From the NCBI GenBank assembly GCA_044892525.1, contig CM097887.1, positions 8,246,001 to 8,310,000 of the forward strand: a DNA stretch of 64,000 nucleotides. Direction: 5' to 3'. Each line of letters begins with the position of its first letter. Position 1 is the stretch's first letter. The position numbers were made by a program, and so were the translations under genes. Under the pieces are notes generated by a model that worked only from the letters and a program-made list of their open reading frames with translations, was not told the origin of the DNA and made no database searches. The DNA comes from Schmidtea polychroa. Lineage: Eukaryota. Shown one piece after another: positions 40,318 through 54,991 of the stretch.

Positions 40318-42389
40318 GTAGCACGTCAATTGCGCGGACGCCAATTGCGCGGGTCCAACTGCGCGGTAGGCAATTGCGCGGGTAGTCAATTGCGCGGCCG
40401 TCAACTAATTATTATTAAATAAATTATTAAATGGGCTTACAGTTGCTATGAGGCCTCAATTTGCGCGGCCGTCAATTAATTATTATTAAATAAATTATTA
40501 AATGGGCTTACAGTTGCTATGAGGCCTCAATTTAGGCCATCAGGCCTGCCTAGCCATCGAGCTGCAACTGTCAAGGCGGGTATATAATGCGAGTGTTTTT
40601 TCACAATTGACGAAATTGTAGTCATGTCTTTAGAGTTTGGTAAAAGCGAGAGGGGCAACAAAACTTTAATTTATAAGAATTTCGAATACGTTAAGGAATG
40701 CGAAAATATGTGTGGTACTACCGCATGGCGTTGCAGGTTCAACAAGAAGTTCAAATGTAAGGCTCGAGTTGTAACCGATGACAGTAAAGTTGTTTGTGAG
40801 AAACAACCGGAACACACGCACAGTGGTAACGTCGCAACAGCAAAAGCACGAAAGGCGGTAGGAGAGATGAAAGAAATGATGGGCGCGTTGATGGCTACAC
40901 CTAGTTCCTCACAGGCGTCCGTTTCGGTGGCACTAGATGATCACGTGCTGATGGCTTTGCCTAAACGATCGTTGCTGACTAGGACATTGCAGCGAAAGCG
41001 TCAGAAGATTACGAAAGAAACCAACAACGGTCAAGAGCTACCGGCTATTCCAGGCGATCTTCGCTTTGATATACCTGACCGATTCAGGCATATGATTCTG
41101 TACGACTCAGGACCAGGTGATGATCGAATAATCCTGATGGGCTGTTTAGAGCTTCTAGATGAATTGGCTCGTGCTGATGTATGGATTGCCGACGGGACAT
41201 TCAAAGTCGTCCCGAGCATTTTTTTTTCAACTGTACAGCTTCCATTTCAACTTCTCTTCCGGTATCAACCCTGCTGGTCTGTACTGCCTCATGACGAATA
41301 AGACGGCTGAAACCTACGGACGCGTTTTCGCTGAAATTCGCAACCTCGTTCCTTTGGCTTCTCCAACGACAATTTTGATAGACTTCGAGAAAGCGGTGAT
41401 GAACACAATGAGTCTATCGTACCCGTACGCAAGAGTCACAGGTTGCTATTTTCACCTCTGTCAAAGTGTTATTCGTAAGGTCAACGTGATAGGACTAAAG
41501 ATTACCTACGAGAGTAACGATGAGGTCCGTGGGTACGTTCGATGTCTTTCCGCACTGGCGTTTGTTCCCCCCGATGATGTGGTGGAAGCTTTCGAGTTGT
41601 TGGTTGAAACAATGCCTGCCGATATCGATCATCTGGAAGAGCTCACGTCTTTCTTTGAGTTAACGTATGTCCGCGGACGTCGACGTCGAGGACGGGCCGA
41701 AGTGTATGCTGCAGCGATGTTCCCAATATCTATCTGGAATCAGCACGCCGGTGCATGCGAGGGAATTGCAAGAACAACCAACTCAGTTGAAGGATGGCAT
41801 CACGGCCTTCAGACACTGTTCCAGTGTAGCCATCCGACTGTCTGGACGTTCATGGCAGGATTAGAACGGGACATGAATCTACAAAAGTCAAAGTACTTGC
41901 AAGGGGCAACCGGTTTGGTGCAGCCGTCTCGTAAGACGTATCGTCAACTCAACGATCGCGTTGTAGCAGCTGTAGCAGCTTATGGTCGTACGGACATTCT
42001 GACATATTTACGTGCCATTTCACATCTGTCGCACTGTTAATTAACATTGATATTCATACTTACTAGTATTATTTAAATTGGACTTTTATATTGATATTGA
42101 TATTTGTTTGATTAATTTTGTGATAGTTTATTTAGGTAATATATAACCCACTTGATTTTGCAAAAGTGTGATTTTTGGTTATTTGTGACGAAAAATAATG
42201 AAATAAATACCATATAAATATAAATAACAAAATTTGGAAACAAGGGAAAAATGTAATTAACCACCTCATCAGTTTACTATCCGCGTAGTTGGACCCGCGC
42301 AATTGACGCCCCGTAATTGACTACCCGCGCAATTGACGTCCGCGCAGTTGGACCCGCGCAATTGACGTCCGCGCAGATGACATGGTTTC
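40318..42389 (+). mobile_element. Mutator-superfamily transposon, Phantom type with repeat-array TIRs (2072 bp)
   Basis: TIRs built from 5-7 copies of a ~15-bp (gt)caattgcgcgg motif; 9-bp TSD tttattatc / tttattata; 71-bp internal tandem duplication at 40391-40532. Confidence 0.88.
40624..42040 (+). pseudogene. FLYWCH + MULE DDE transposase (~471 aa), single +1 frameshift
   Basis: FLYWCH (LIYKNFEY...TAWRC...CKARV...HTH), WIADGTFK, LIDFEKA, GCYFHLCQ, RTTNSVEGWH. A T9 run at 41219-41227 needs T8 to restore the frame. Confidence 0.9.
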
Positions 42390-44163
42390 TTTATTATATA
42401 TTGTAAAATTATGCAATTACGCTTTCTCGCACATTTTGAAAACTATACTCATTACCTATGGACACCTTAATGTATATAAGCCAAAAAGGAACTATACTCC
42501 CCTGGTGTTTGAAAATAACAAGATTTCTTTAAATATTATGCAATAGAGATTGTTTATCTCTGACTTTATCAATTCCAAGAAGATTAGAATATAAAACATT
42601 GTTATGAAATTTGATCAACCTTTTGTTTGTCATTGAGGATGTAAAATAGTGTAATTAAAAATCAATTATTCCAATCTTAGATGAAAATTAAAACGAAATA
42701 AAAATCAATTGTTCATTTTATACACAGCTTTGATAAATAATTCTTTCTATAATATTTTATACTTACGAATTTTACATTTATGTTTAATTTTGTACTTTAT
42801 ATTTTATGTTTGTTGTGGTTCTATGAATTAGGCACAAAAACAAAGCGAAAATAAATAAAAACATCAAATTCACAATAATAAGTAAAAGTACAAAAATATT
42901 AATTAAGACATAATATAAATTAATATTTTCCAGGGGAAACTGGTATGGGTGGATGCCGAACAATGAGACGAGTTCAAATATAGTAAAAATAAAGTTAATA
43001 GGGGTCCCTAGAAGGAAATAATTACAAAATACCAAAAATAACTAAAAATTAATTAGCTAATAGAAAACCCGATCAGTGTCAGTAAACCCGAGTGATCAAC
43101 ATTATTATTTAATTAGGTTGAGTTGAATATGCGAATGAGGAAAACCCATGAGAAAAAAGAGCCGATGGGAAAATAAAATAAGACAAATTGCAATAAAAAT
43201 ATTGTAAGAAATTCTATCTATTCATTACAATTGAAATAGGTCACTCGTTTCCTGACGAATGGTTCAAATATATGTTCAGTCAAAATTGAAATTCCAGAAT
43301 AGCCAGATGTGCCGGTTAGGTGTGGTAAAAATCTGGAAACCCTAATTCTGGCAGTAAGATTTATTTTTTGATTGATTATACTTCCTATTTAGTGATATAA
43401 CTGTTTTACAATAAGTGTGGAAATGAAGAAACTGAACAAAATATCAAACCTCACATAAACAATGTAGTCTGTTTAAATTAACCAAAATCATCTCATCAAA
43501 AATATATCAACTTTATTACCCAAACAAAAAAGATAAACATGGATGGCGTCTCTAGATTCCACCTTTAAGACAATTAAGAAATTATAGAATATTTAACAAA
43601 AAGTTCAATTGGCTAGCATGCCAGTAAGTATGGAAAAATATAAACTTATCTAAAAGAATTTTCATTTCTGATAAATTGCACCGCTTTAACAAGATCTTTT
43701 AGATCTAATGTAGGACGTGCAGAGCAATACAATATTGAAGTAATTTCAGTTTAATTTTGTTTGAACGAAATCCTTTTGCACTTTCCACGATAATAGTGAG
43801 TTGAGGCCGCGGTAACAAAGACATTTTTCAAGCTAATCTTTAACATTGAAGGAATTATCAGATAAATTTCGAAATAGGAGGTACATAATTTTATTCTCTA
43901 CAAAACAACCAATGAGGTAAAAAAATCGCAGTCAAAAATATATTTTGTACTTTTATAATCAAATAATTTTCTAAATAAAATGAAGATATCGTAGAAAAAT
44001 AATTTTTCTATATACGAGAAATTTTTATTTTTATAATTTGATGTGTTAGTCAGTCATACGTCAAAACCCAAGACACACCTTTCAACGAGGTTTTCATCAT
44101 GACTAAATGATCTAATCAAAAGGTCATCAACAGTAAAGTTGCAGTTAAAAACATTCTATATAT

Positions 44164-44453
44164 CCTTGGTTCTCAAACTATTTGCAGTCGGGAAGCACTG
44201 AACTCTGAATTATTTTTAGTCGGAACATCTACAATACAGCATAAAACAAGGGGCGTGGTTTCCTAAACTTTTTGAAACCAAAAGAGCAATAAAAAAAGAA
44301 TAATGTTCTCAAAATACTCCATAGCTACAATAATATTTTATGTTTCCAAGAAGTAATTTTAACCCGAAAGATATTTTTATTCATATAAAGCCGAATAGTA
44401 CGAGTAAATTTTACATTTGATTTTTTTCACGGAACACGCTTTGAGAACCAAGA
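44164..44453. mobile_element. hAT-type MITE (290 bp)
   Basis: TIR core cttggttctcaaa at both ends; 8-bp TSD ctatatat / ctctatat. Confidence 0.7.
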
Positions 44454-45120
44454 CTCTATATGATGATATTTAAATAAAATTCAAAATTTCAATAATAAAA
44501 ATATTTTCGTTTTCAATATAATTTTTTTTCTAACTTGCCATCGTGCCAATTTCTTTGTTAAATTTTCGACAATGATTAATAATGTCTTTGTAAATTGAAT
44601 TTAGAGATTTTTAACAACTCATGTCTTTGTTTAATGGAATATATTTTTTGATGATGACTCATACCTCTCTATTCTGCAAAAACTATGACTCAACAATGAA
44701 CCATGTGATGACTCATCGTCTTTGTTCTCCAAAAAAATCATGACTCCTAATGTCTTTGTTCCAAGGACTCACAAATCCCTATTTCTGATGTATGTAGAAA
44801 ATTTTATCTCTACAATAGGAAATCAGGAGTAATCATTTATTATTTATTTCACAAAATAAATAACTTCACTAAAATAACTTCACAATCGATGGCGAATTTT
44901 CATCAAGACTTCATTAGTAGACTTTAAAACTTCCAAAAACCTGATTACCATGTAGGCTAAATTTGTAATTCATAAAGATGTATCACGCGTTATGAAATAC
45001 TTTTTGACTTAAAATATTGCCTGTTAGTAATATTAAAATGTCTCCCATCGTTTTCAATCCAAAATATACCTCATATAATCCATTCAAAATTGAACTAACA
45101 AGGTGATGCTAATAAAATTA

Positions 45121-45885
45121 TCTAATATATATAAATGAAAGCATGTGTGTGTGTTGGTATGTCCGGATATATAAACTTCAACTTAAGGGTGAATGGTAGA
45201 CAAATGTATTCAATTTTTTAAAGTTAAAAACGTAGAAGACCGAATGAACTTTTAATTCGTTCTGTTTACGATGCTAATGAGAAAAAAATGTCAAAATTTT
45301 TATCGGAAAAAATAACATGGAAATTCACTTTTTTGCTCTTTTTTGTCTCTATTATTTCATTTTCTCTTTGTTTTCTTAATAAGTTAGTATTACAAATTAC
45401 CTATCTTTCATTAAATTAATCATTAATCAAGTTATCATCCGCAGTGTGTTCAAATCCAGACGTAAATATATTTTTTAAATACAGTTTCATTTAGAAATTA
45501 TTTTTAATACCCTATATAAGACAACTTAAAATGACTTCTTGTCCCAAGAAGAAACCAAAAATCGTGAATAAAATTTCTGATGCAGAAAGAAAAGCAATTT
45601 CAAAATCAACCGAAAAATAACAACAGAGAATTTACTTACTGTCATGTGGACTAGAGCTGCTACTTCCAGAGCAAGCGGACGCTACTCAGCAGACCCAGAA
45701 AACAATTGCTGACCAGAAAACCAAACAGTTATCGGGATTAATTTGTTAGACCCCTACTTTTCCCATGTCCAGCTATACGTCGCTTGCTCAAGAGTTAGCT
45801 TAATATCACTGTAATGAGCCGTTCGTAAATTTTTTTTAATCTTCCAAATAATCTTCTACCGGGCAGCGCTGGGTAGCCCAGCTAG
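45121..45885 (+). mobile_element. Non-autonomous Helitron (765 bp)
   Basis: Inserted between A and T; 5' TC(taatatatataaa); subterminal hairpin gctggg-tag-cccagc; 3' CTAG. Confidence 0.8.
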
Positions 45886-47048
45886 TAATTAATAAAATTT
45901 CGTGGATTTGCAGTACAAACGAGACAGACAAATATTTTTTTTATGTTTATATTATAAGTAGGATAAATTTAAAAAAATATTAACTTATAAAGACTCATGA
46001 TCGATTGGAAATGTGGTTTTCCGAAATAAATTTTAACAAAGACATGCTAATAGCATTTATTAGTAGAAAATTTTCAAAAAATGTAAATCTTAAACTATAG
46101 GTAAATTTGATTTGATATTTTTATTAAAATTATTAAAATTAATGTTTTGCAGGAAGATATGTTCTGTGTACAGTAATGATGCAGTAATGGAAAGCGTGTT
46201 TTAGAAGTTGATTCTAAGCCAGCGAAAAAGTTATTCTGTGCCATAGATCGGAACCTTTTGCAGAGTCATATTTATAAAAAATTCAAAAAGCAATATTATG
46301 GTCCCGCAATGTAAAAATTTAACTGTTATATTTATTTAAAAAATAAATCTAGTGTGTGTTCTGGATTTGAACCCTCTCGAATAACTGTGTCAAATCTTGG
46401 CTTTATTTCGTATATATTAACTAATCTGAATTCATCGATGAAAAAAACTGTCAATAGACCGAAATCAAGCTTCCTAGAATTTGGATAAATATTTGGAAAT
46501 GAATTTTAGGATCCGAATATAATATTCATTGTTGATTCAATAGTTTTTAAAAGTTCTAACTATGTTCTAACTGAATTTTTGAAAGGGAAAGAATAAATCA
46601 ACAGAAGATAAAGATTAATTATTTTTGATAAAAATCTTGGAAGAAAACTAAAAATTTTCCATCTTTATGTCAATCTAGATTTTATTATTTTTTAAATATA
46701 TACGAGAGCCGAATTTTTCGGGTTAAGAACCGTTATTTAAATTAATGAATTGCAGGAAGATATTAAAACTTGTCCGGCGAATTTTTATAAAACAATTAAT
46801 CGCAGAGTCAGTGCCGCCTTTTACAACCTCCTTGCCACGAACATGAACATAAAATTATATGCAGTGTGACAAGTTGAATTCAACTAAACAAAAAGAAGCA
46901 TTCACTTAAAAAAGGCAGTGCCGAAAATTTGTGAATATCAACAAACATCGATATATTACTGATTTATAGTCTTCAAACTCTCTTTTTAATAAATTCAATG
47001 GAAAAAATAATCAGTGGTGAAATTGGAAGAAATAAAAGTTCTTATAAT

Positions 47049-47970
47049 AATACACAATGCTTTAGCGTGTTTTGCATTAAATACTTTAATTTCCGGTTAT
47101 TTTTTCGATGAAAAATAATTTAATCTCGACGGTCCTGATGGATGTATTGGAGAGATTTTAGCAAAGACCTATTTATATCTTCCAAGCGAAACTTTGAAGG
47201 AGAAAGTCCCATGATTTAGGTAGGTTTCTCTTTCTACTATGTACTTTTTCTGGTGTTTCCATCCAGCAGAATGAACAAACCGCGGTGTCAATATGTTTTC
47301 CAGGAACATCTTATTCCCAATCATCGCAATTCACGCCGTTATCTTTACACTTTTCAGTAAGATATTGCGAGCATTCATGTTAGCAGCAGTGATTTAGAGA
47401 CAAAAAATTCTAGCGCGACGGGTTTATGCGAATAATAGTCAATTCGACATTGTTCCCCAAATGAAAACAGCCATTTTGACAACCTGGAATGGAATTAATC
47501 AAAATACCCAATACACAATGCTTTAGCGTGTTTTGCATTAAATACTTTAATTTCCGGTTATTTTTTCGATGAAAAATAATTTAATCTCGACGGTCCTGAT
47601 GGATGTATTGGAGAGATTTTAGCAAAGACCTATTTATATCTTCCAAGCGAAACTTTGAAGGAGAAAGTCCCATGATTTAGGTAGGTTTCTCTTTCTACTA
47701 TGTACTTTTTCTGGTGTTTCCATCCAGCAGAATGAACAAACCGCGGTGTCAATATGTTTTCCAGGAACATCTTATTCCCAATCATCGCAATTCACGCCGT
47801 TATCTTTACACTTTTCAGTAAGATATTGCGAGCATTCATGTTAGCAGCAGTGATTTAGAGACAAAAAATTCTAGCGCGACGGGTTTATGCGAATAATAGT
47901 CAATTCGACATTGTTCCCCAAATGAAAACAGCCATTTTGACAACCTGGAATGGAATTAATCAAAATACCC
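47049..47970 (+). repeat. Apparently perfect 461-bp tandem duplication (47049-47509, 47510-47970)
   Basis: Both copies start aatacacaatgc and end caaaataccc; no differences seen by eye. Confidence 0.92.
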
Positions 47971-48316
47971 TCCAAGGTCTTATGAACAGCATGCCTGATA
48001 GAATATTTCGAGTTATTCGTAATAAAGGTGTCATTGACTATTACAAATAAATGTTTTTAAAAAAGCTAGTATTTAATCTAAGTTTCATTTTTCAATCACT
48101 TTATTTAAAGAGGGGAGGGCTATAATTATGAAGCGGCTGAAAAATCGCTTTCCCAATAATTTTCCGTCAATAAATGCACATGCGCAAAAATGAATTATTG
48201 TTTTGTTGTAACTCTCATGACTCAATAAAATCCTCATATGAGTGGTAAACGCTGATTTCGTTAAGAAATAAGAATAGGAAAAAATGAAAGGGGGGCTATA
48301 ATTATGATACGCACTG
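47049..48316 (+). mobile_element. Tc1-like transposon remnant with right TIR
   Basis: VIF.DEK.FNLDGPDG, FQQN and SMPDRIFRVIRNKG motifs; right end ggggctataattatgatacgcactg with an inner repeat at ~48112. Confidence 0.7.
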
Positions 48317-51129
48317 TCTTACAGCAATAATGACTGTTACAAATTAAGTTGCTTTTTTGCTTAATGTTATCAATCCAGAAAAAATGCTGTTAACTTTTCT
48401 ACAATTGGCCATTCATTATTATTTATTATAATTAATTAAAGAAATCAGTATTTCTATTGAACGAAAGTATTTATAATATAATAATTTTTTTTATGTTGCG
48501 AAGTGAACGTTTTAACATAAAGTCGAAGCTAAATTATTAAAATATTGGTCTAAATATATATTAATTTTAATACTGGCCGGAAGTTCGCACATTAAAAAAA
48601 GAACGACTAATTTATAACCATTAAAACTGTCGACAACGGGCATTTTTAAAGTATTAAATAAAATTAATAATTAAATTAAAGGACTAAAAAGGGACACAAA
48701 GTTAACACTAATTAATTAATACAAATTTGGAAAATAACAAAAACAAAAATAATAAGAGTGCTGTCATGATGATGACAACAGGAGAGTTGGTTAACTAAAT
48801 GGAGGGACCATAATTGAGAAAGATAAAGGAATTTATGGGAGTGCAAGTATAATCAAATGAAATATGTAAGTGCTTGAGATAAGAAATTAAAAAGAAAATT
48901 ATACAATTAAAACAAAAAACAAGAAGGAAACGAAACAAAAAGAATAATTATTGATAGGATAAATAAAAAACGTACGAAAAAAATTGTACTGAAATAGTCA
49001 TCGGAGTAAATAATATTGTGGTCTAAGAACCTAGAGAAAATCCGTTCGGATACACTTATAAATGCACCTCACCTAGTGTGATCCACTAATAGAGGCTCTG
49101 GCTGTACAAATCGACCAAACACCCTGATTTAACATAGCTAATAATTTAAAAAATATTATTAAGAGAAATACGGTTATTCTGTTTTCAAGTTGCATTAGAG
49201 CGACATAAAAATACATTAATTTCTTAAGTTCAATAAGCTTTATTTTATCTTATATTTTGTTCTATTAGAGAGAAATCTATTATTCAGAAAGTAATATAAT
49301 TTTTAAGATATGAAAATTCAAAATCATAATTTTGAAAACCTTGAAAAACTTGTTATTGAAACAATAAGTAAAAGGATATATAATATATATATTGAGGAAC
49401 CAATAACATGAGGGCAAATACCAGAAAATGCTCATTGTAAAGCAAGCCAGATATAAAAACATCATTCCAAAAAGATTCTTCACTAAAATCCCCGCGGCAA
49501 ATGTGGTGAAATCTATATTGGAAGCATCGATAGTTTTTCACAGCAACGTATAAAGGACAATTATAAAAATTAACACAATATCAATAAGTAAAATTTAAAA
49601 CATATTCTAACTAGAGACAGTGATTTCAAGAATATACACATAAAATATCCAAACTGATTATTTGATAATTATTGATTCACTTTAAATTTTTAAATCCATT
49701 GTTCACATTTTTGCCACTAATTTTAGATATAACAAATATGAATTTTAATGACAAATTTTTATTTCAAATTTGGTTTTATATTTTAGGTTTGCTTGATATA
49801 ATTTTAAATTTTATATATTGCACATTAAATTTTTCATTTCATTCTCGCCGAAGAGTTAGTTAAAAGGCACTAACGACCCGCCACGGGGTATTCGAAATAT
49901 AGACGTATGTAAGCTAATATGGTTCGAAACTCCACAATGGCCGTGCCGCATTTTCCATGCCTGTCGTTGAAGCTGGAAGCACAGTTCAAGTCGCTTTAAA
50001 ATATCGTCCCTATAAGCGCTGCAAGAGCAAACTAAACTCACTTAATTCTTGATAAACCGTTCACAATATATAAAAAGTTCACAATTCTGACCACTACAAG
50101 GAAGAAGAGCAAGTACAGCCGAGAAAAAGTCATGCCAACGACGTCGCGAGATAAATAGAGCAACTTATAGAAACCTAAAGAAGTCTATAAAAAAGAAACT
50201 AGCGTTCACACAGCCACTCCAATGTCCAGTAGAAAACCAATCAATGTAGAAATCTATCTCGACAAAATGAATGAGTTCACGCGAAACTGTGTATAATGTG
50301 CCCGAAGTGTATAATTAAATGTATAACTGGCGTTTATAATTTATTTGATTGAATTAATGTACATTGCGTACCTTGATATCGAAAGACGAGGTTGTTGGAG
50401 TAAGACACAGAATGATAGTTTTGTTTAAATATTAAAAATTAAATAATCAAAATTGTATAATTAATATTCCGTTGAGACATAGCCACAAAACGTATAAAAA
50501 GCACAAAATCATAAAATAAAGAATAACACCAAATAAAAAAAATAGTTTCCGCTTTGCAAAATTTGTTTCAATAGATTTTTTAGAAATAAACCTTTGTAAA
50601 ATTTAAATTTAAAGAAAGTATTTAAATGATTATTAAAACAAATCCTTTATATAACAAATTTAATTTGAAATTTGCAAAGTCAGAATCTTTATAAATTAGA
50701 TGTTGCAAGTGGCATTATCAAAAATCGAACAGATAACGAATAAGCTTTTAAGAGATTTTAGGCTTGAATTTTAGATAAAAAAATAAAAGTAAATACTTAT
50801 TTTCCACATATATGACTGTATATTAAATTGAATGACCTTGTATAATTATAAAACTGTTAATAATTCTGTAAAATGTTGAGTGAGAAAAAAGTGGATTTAT
50901 AGATTGTTTAAATGCATAGATGAAAATGTACACACGCACTGCTCGAAGTTCAATTAAAAGTTACGATTAATCATCTATTAAAATAAAGTAAACAATTAAA
51001 TATATAATTCGCAGCAAAAGGTTTAAACTATCATTTAATTGTTTACCATTTAATTAATGCTACTACCAAGAAATCATCATTTTATACAAAAAGAAAGTAA
51101 TTAAGAGTTAGTAAGAAAACACAAGAAGT

Positions 51130-51874
51130 CGAACTATACCAACATTGGTTTGTATAATGTCCAATTTTCTTACAGCTCTCGCATTGAATAATTCTCAATC
51201 GCTCATTATTTTGTATAGTACGGTTCAATCTGCTCGCACTATTCTCATCTCTCCATTGTGTTGACGGACTTTTCAATCGACGGAGTGTTCTTTTTGACCA
51301 CCAATTGCTCTGAGTTGGTGTTATTGACCTTTCTCTTTATACTCGAATTACTTTTCAGGTTTAATACAATTTTCATAGCCTTTTTGACTAATTCATCGAA
51401 ATTGTCATAATCTACACAGCAAGCGCTGTTTTATTTCTTTGTTAATTCCAGACAAAATCTTGCACTAATTTTCTTGCATTTGTTTCTATAGACTTAGTTG
51501 ATTTGAATCGTCTTCGAATGCCATGCTTGCTAATGTTGACAGATGACAGCCAAATTCACAAACCGTTTCGTTGGGATTTTGAACTCTACTATAAAACCTC
51601 TGGCGCATTAATCTTTTTATATCTCCACCGATGAGTTTAGCTGCTAGGGCATCCTTTAACTTTGCCCAATCATTACCGATACTCTTTTTGTCGATCAGCT
51701 ACCATACTTCTTTCGCTGCCCCTTTAGATATAGAGGTAATATTTGAATCATAATCGATTGAGACCACCCATAGGCTATGGCATACATATAGTAATCACTG
51801 ATAAAGTCAACAAATGCAACGGGGTCACCACCATATGTCTCAACTGACAATTTTTTGGCAACTGGTGAAATCAT
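51130..51874 (-). pseudogene. gag: Ty3/gypsy gag remnant with CCHC zinc knuckle
   Basis: MISPVAKKLSVETYGGDPVAFVDF..., WAKLKDAL, YSRVQNPNETVCEFG, CESCKKIGHYTNQC; several stops; possible PBS tggtgagccggac at 52153-52141. Confidence 0.75.
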
Positions 51875-54800
51875 TATTTTTTTAAACTAGAACTAATAAC
51901 TCCTCGTTAGCCATTATAGGTTCTCTTTTGTTCTGGCTTCGCAAATAATATCGATTCACTTCAATAACTTTAGTCTTTCAACTCACACATAATCTAAATT
52001 GCCAATATTTTAACTTTTCGCTTTAGTTTCAATAAATTTATTCTAGCACAAATATTCCTATCAATACAGATTTCTCTTAAATTCACGATGCAACAATAAT
52101 TAAATTTCTTTTTAATAAACTCTTCCGCAACTTTGATCACGTCCGGCTCACCAAATATCTTGGGTATATTGTAGTTTGTCAGTGATTATAAGGCTGTGTA
52201 GTACTAGTCTGACTCCGAACGTGTTATTTAATAACAATGTAACATATGTATTGGACTTCATCTTCTATTTACCAAAACGCTAACAAGGTAAAGGAAGTTG
52301 AGAACGTTTAAAGAGTAAGTCATCGACAACGAAAATGATAGAACTGAAGTTGAAGATATTGTCGACAACTTAAGCCCTTCCATCAGCAGCTTAGTATTGA
52401 AAAAGAAAATCAGTCAAGCAGTAGTTCCAAGACATGGAGTTCACCTACTAACAAATTTTCATCAACACCATCAATATCAGCTGTAATCAAACTCCGCGAG
52501 TGTGATGGTGAAAACTAATAATCATTTGGTGCTTAAGAGAATAGTTGCTATAGGCAAGGTTTACCTTATTCCTTAATTTACCTTACAAAAATTTGACAAA
52601 AATTCCTCTAGGTGTCAACAAGTAGATGAATTAAATTTGTTATGCTTTCTTAGAATTATTTTTCTTATCACTATTTCTAGTGTTAACTATGACCATATAT
52701 GAATTTTTGTAAAAATGAATCGCAATATAAACGGAAAATGATATTTATGCGGTAGAAAATGTTTTCGATGCCAAATTAATTCAGAGAAGCAAGGCGCATT
52801 CATTTAAATGCTGAGCAGAAAAGTTTATCAATATATCTATGTGAATCACAAGAATTTAATTAAGAAATAAGAAATCTAAAAGTGTCAGATTTTCATGAAT
52901 TTAAATTTAATATCAACGTTCTTTGAAATATAACGCCATAAAAAATAAATGTTTTCAATTTAATTTCTATGATAAATTATTAGCACAACTACCCATAGTT
53001 GTGGTATTTTGTAAAGGAATTTGTGCATTTTTAGGTTGGTATTTCCCATTTATTTGTTTAAATCTACTCATTTTTCATCATTCTTTCATTATTTTCACTG
53101 CCAATTTGTGATAAAAATAATTCAACATTTTGCATGTCAATAAACAAAGGTTAAACATAATGATTTCACAAAAAACTGAAAGAAATAACAACGAAGTGTG
53201 ATACTAATCACAGTGTTTTGTCGCGATTCAATATCATTCCACTTTATTGTCATTTCAAACTGTTACAAATTTAAATGTTTTCGATTGAAACCTTAATATT
53301 ATAGGAATGGTTCGAATTTAGAATCAAAACTTGATTAAAAAATTTGTCATGAAAATGTAAATTTGAATACAAGATCCAACTCGGAAAGCCTGAATTATAG
53401 TATTATATTTATCTTTTGGTTTCACCTTTGACCTTTTTTTAATTCAATAATTTAATTTATAACGATATTTCGGCACAGTCTTTATTAAATGTGTATTTCA
53501 ATCGTCATAGTTATTTTAAATATTATTGAAAATCTGGAATCGAGTATAAAAGGAAAACGGCGGTTTGCGCTAATAACATATATTATAATGAATTTTTCGA
53601 TGAGAAAGGAACAATGATGAATTAGGGAGAGTGATTAGTGGTAACAAAAATATTGTGTGTTGCGAAAAGGAGACAGGGTAAGGAAATTGATGCGTAGAAA
53701 AAATTTTTACCTTTACGGTATAACAAGACGGCTTAACAACATTTAAAGTGGCGCCTTGTACTTCACATGATTAAAATATTAACTTAAGCTAGCATTAGAT
53801 ATTTGCATTTATTAAAAGTACTTATTTTAATAAGTAACTAATCCTTGTATCATTAGTGTGACAGACGTACTACAGTAATTATGGACACGCAGAGTTATCA
53901 TTTAAAAATCTAATTTAGAAATTGTGACTAAGTTATAATAAAAGATCTGTTAACTTTCCCCTCCAAATAAATATAAAGAGATAATTGTAAACAATGTCAT
54001 ATAGAATCAAACCTAATATAATTGTTGGGGTTAGTTGGTTGTCGGTCATTTATCAAATCAATAACTACTATCTGACTCCGATCGTGTTTTATTCAATGTT
54101 GGGCTGAGTCGAAAATTTAATCGTTGAAAAATAAGAAAGTAGGGAAGTAGAACATTAAGAAAAATAAAAATAAAATAAATAAAATCAGAAATAAAATAGA
54201 ATAAGGTATAAGGAAAATAATAATTAAGACATAAGAATTAAAACAAAAAATAAAATTAAGAAAAGATTAAAATAGAACAAGTTGACAAATAAATAAAGAG
54301 GAATTCAAGAAATAATAAGGAAATTAAGGAAATAAATAGAAAAACATATTAAAAATAAAGAAAATAAGGAGAAAACAACCTAAAAACAAGAAAATTATAT
54401 TAAATTAATAGAAATAAGCGGTACTCAACTCTGATTGGTCCGCACAAATAAGAATTTGATATATATACAACTACCAAAAACATTAAATTTACTGTTAACC
54501 CCGAGCATTTCATAGGTAAGAAAAAATGTTTACTGTTTCTACTGTTAACCCCGAGCATTTCATAGACATCTACAACTCACGGAGACTTATTTCAAGGATC
54601 AGCAATACAAGTAGAGCAACAGTTAATTCGAAAAACTTCACAGCAATTCGAACTCAGTCACAGCAATCGACATTCGACGAATTATCATCAGACTAATTTG
54701 GAACGACTAACGTTAATTTTCCGATTCAGCCTAATTCCATAGTAAGGGATTTTTATTTATGATATTGTTTTTCGAAGTTAATAGTAAATATGTATATTTA

Positions 54801-54991
54801 ATGAGTAATTAAACTTTTAAATTTAACCAGACTCTCTTTTCATTTGATCCTGAATAACGATTTTGATAAAGTAAATAATTTAAATGTTTAAAAGTATTTA
54901 TTGGTAACAGGTGAACTCTTACATAATTTTTATGGATATTTATTTTGAAGTGATAGTTTTATGATTTCTAATATTAACGAGAAACGTGGCG

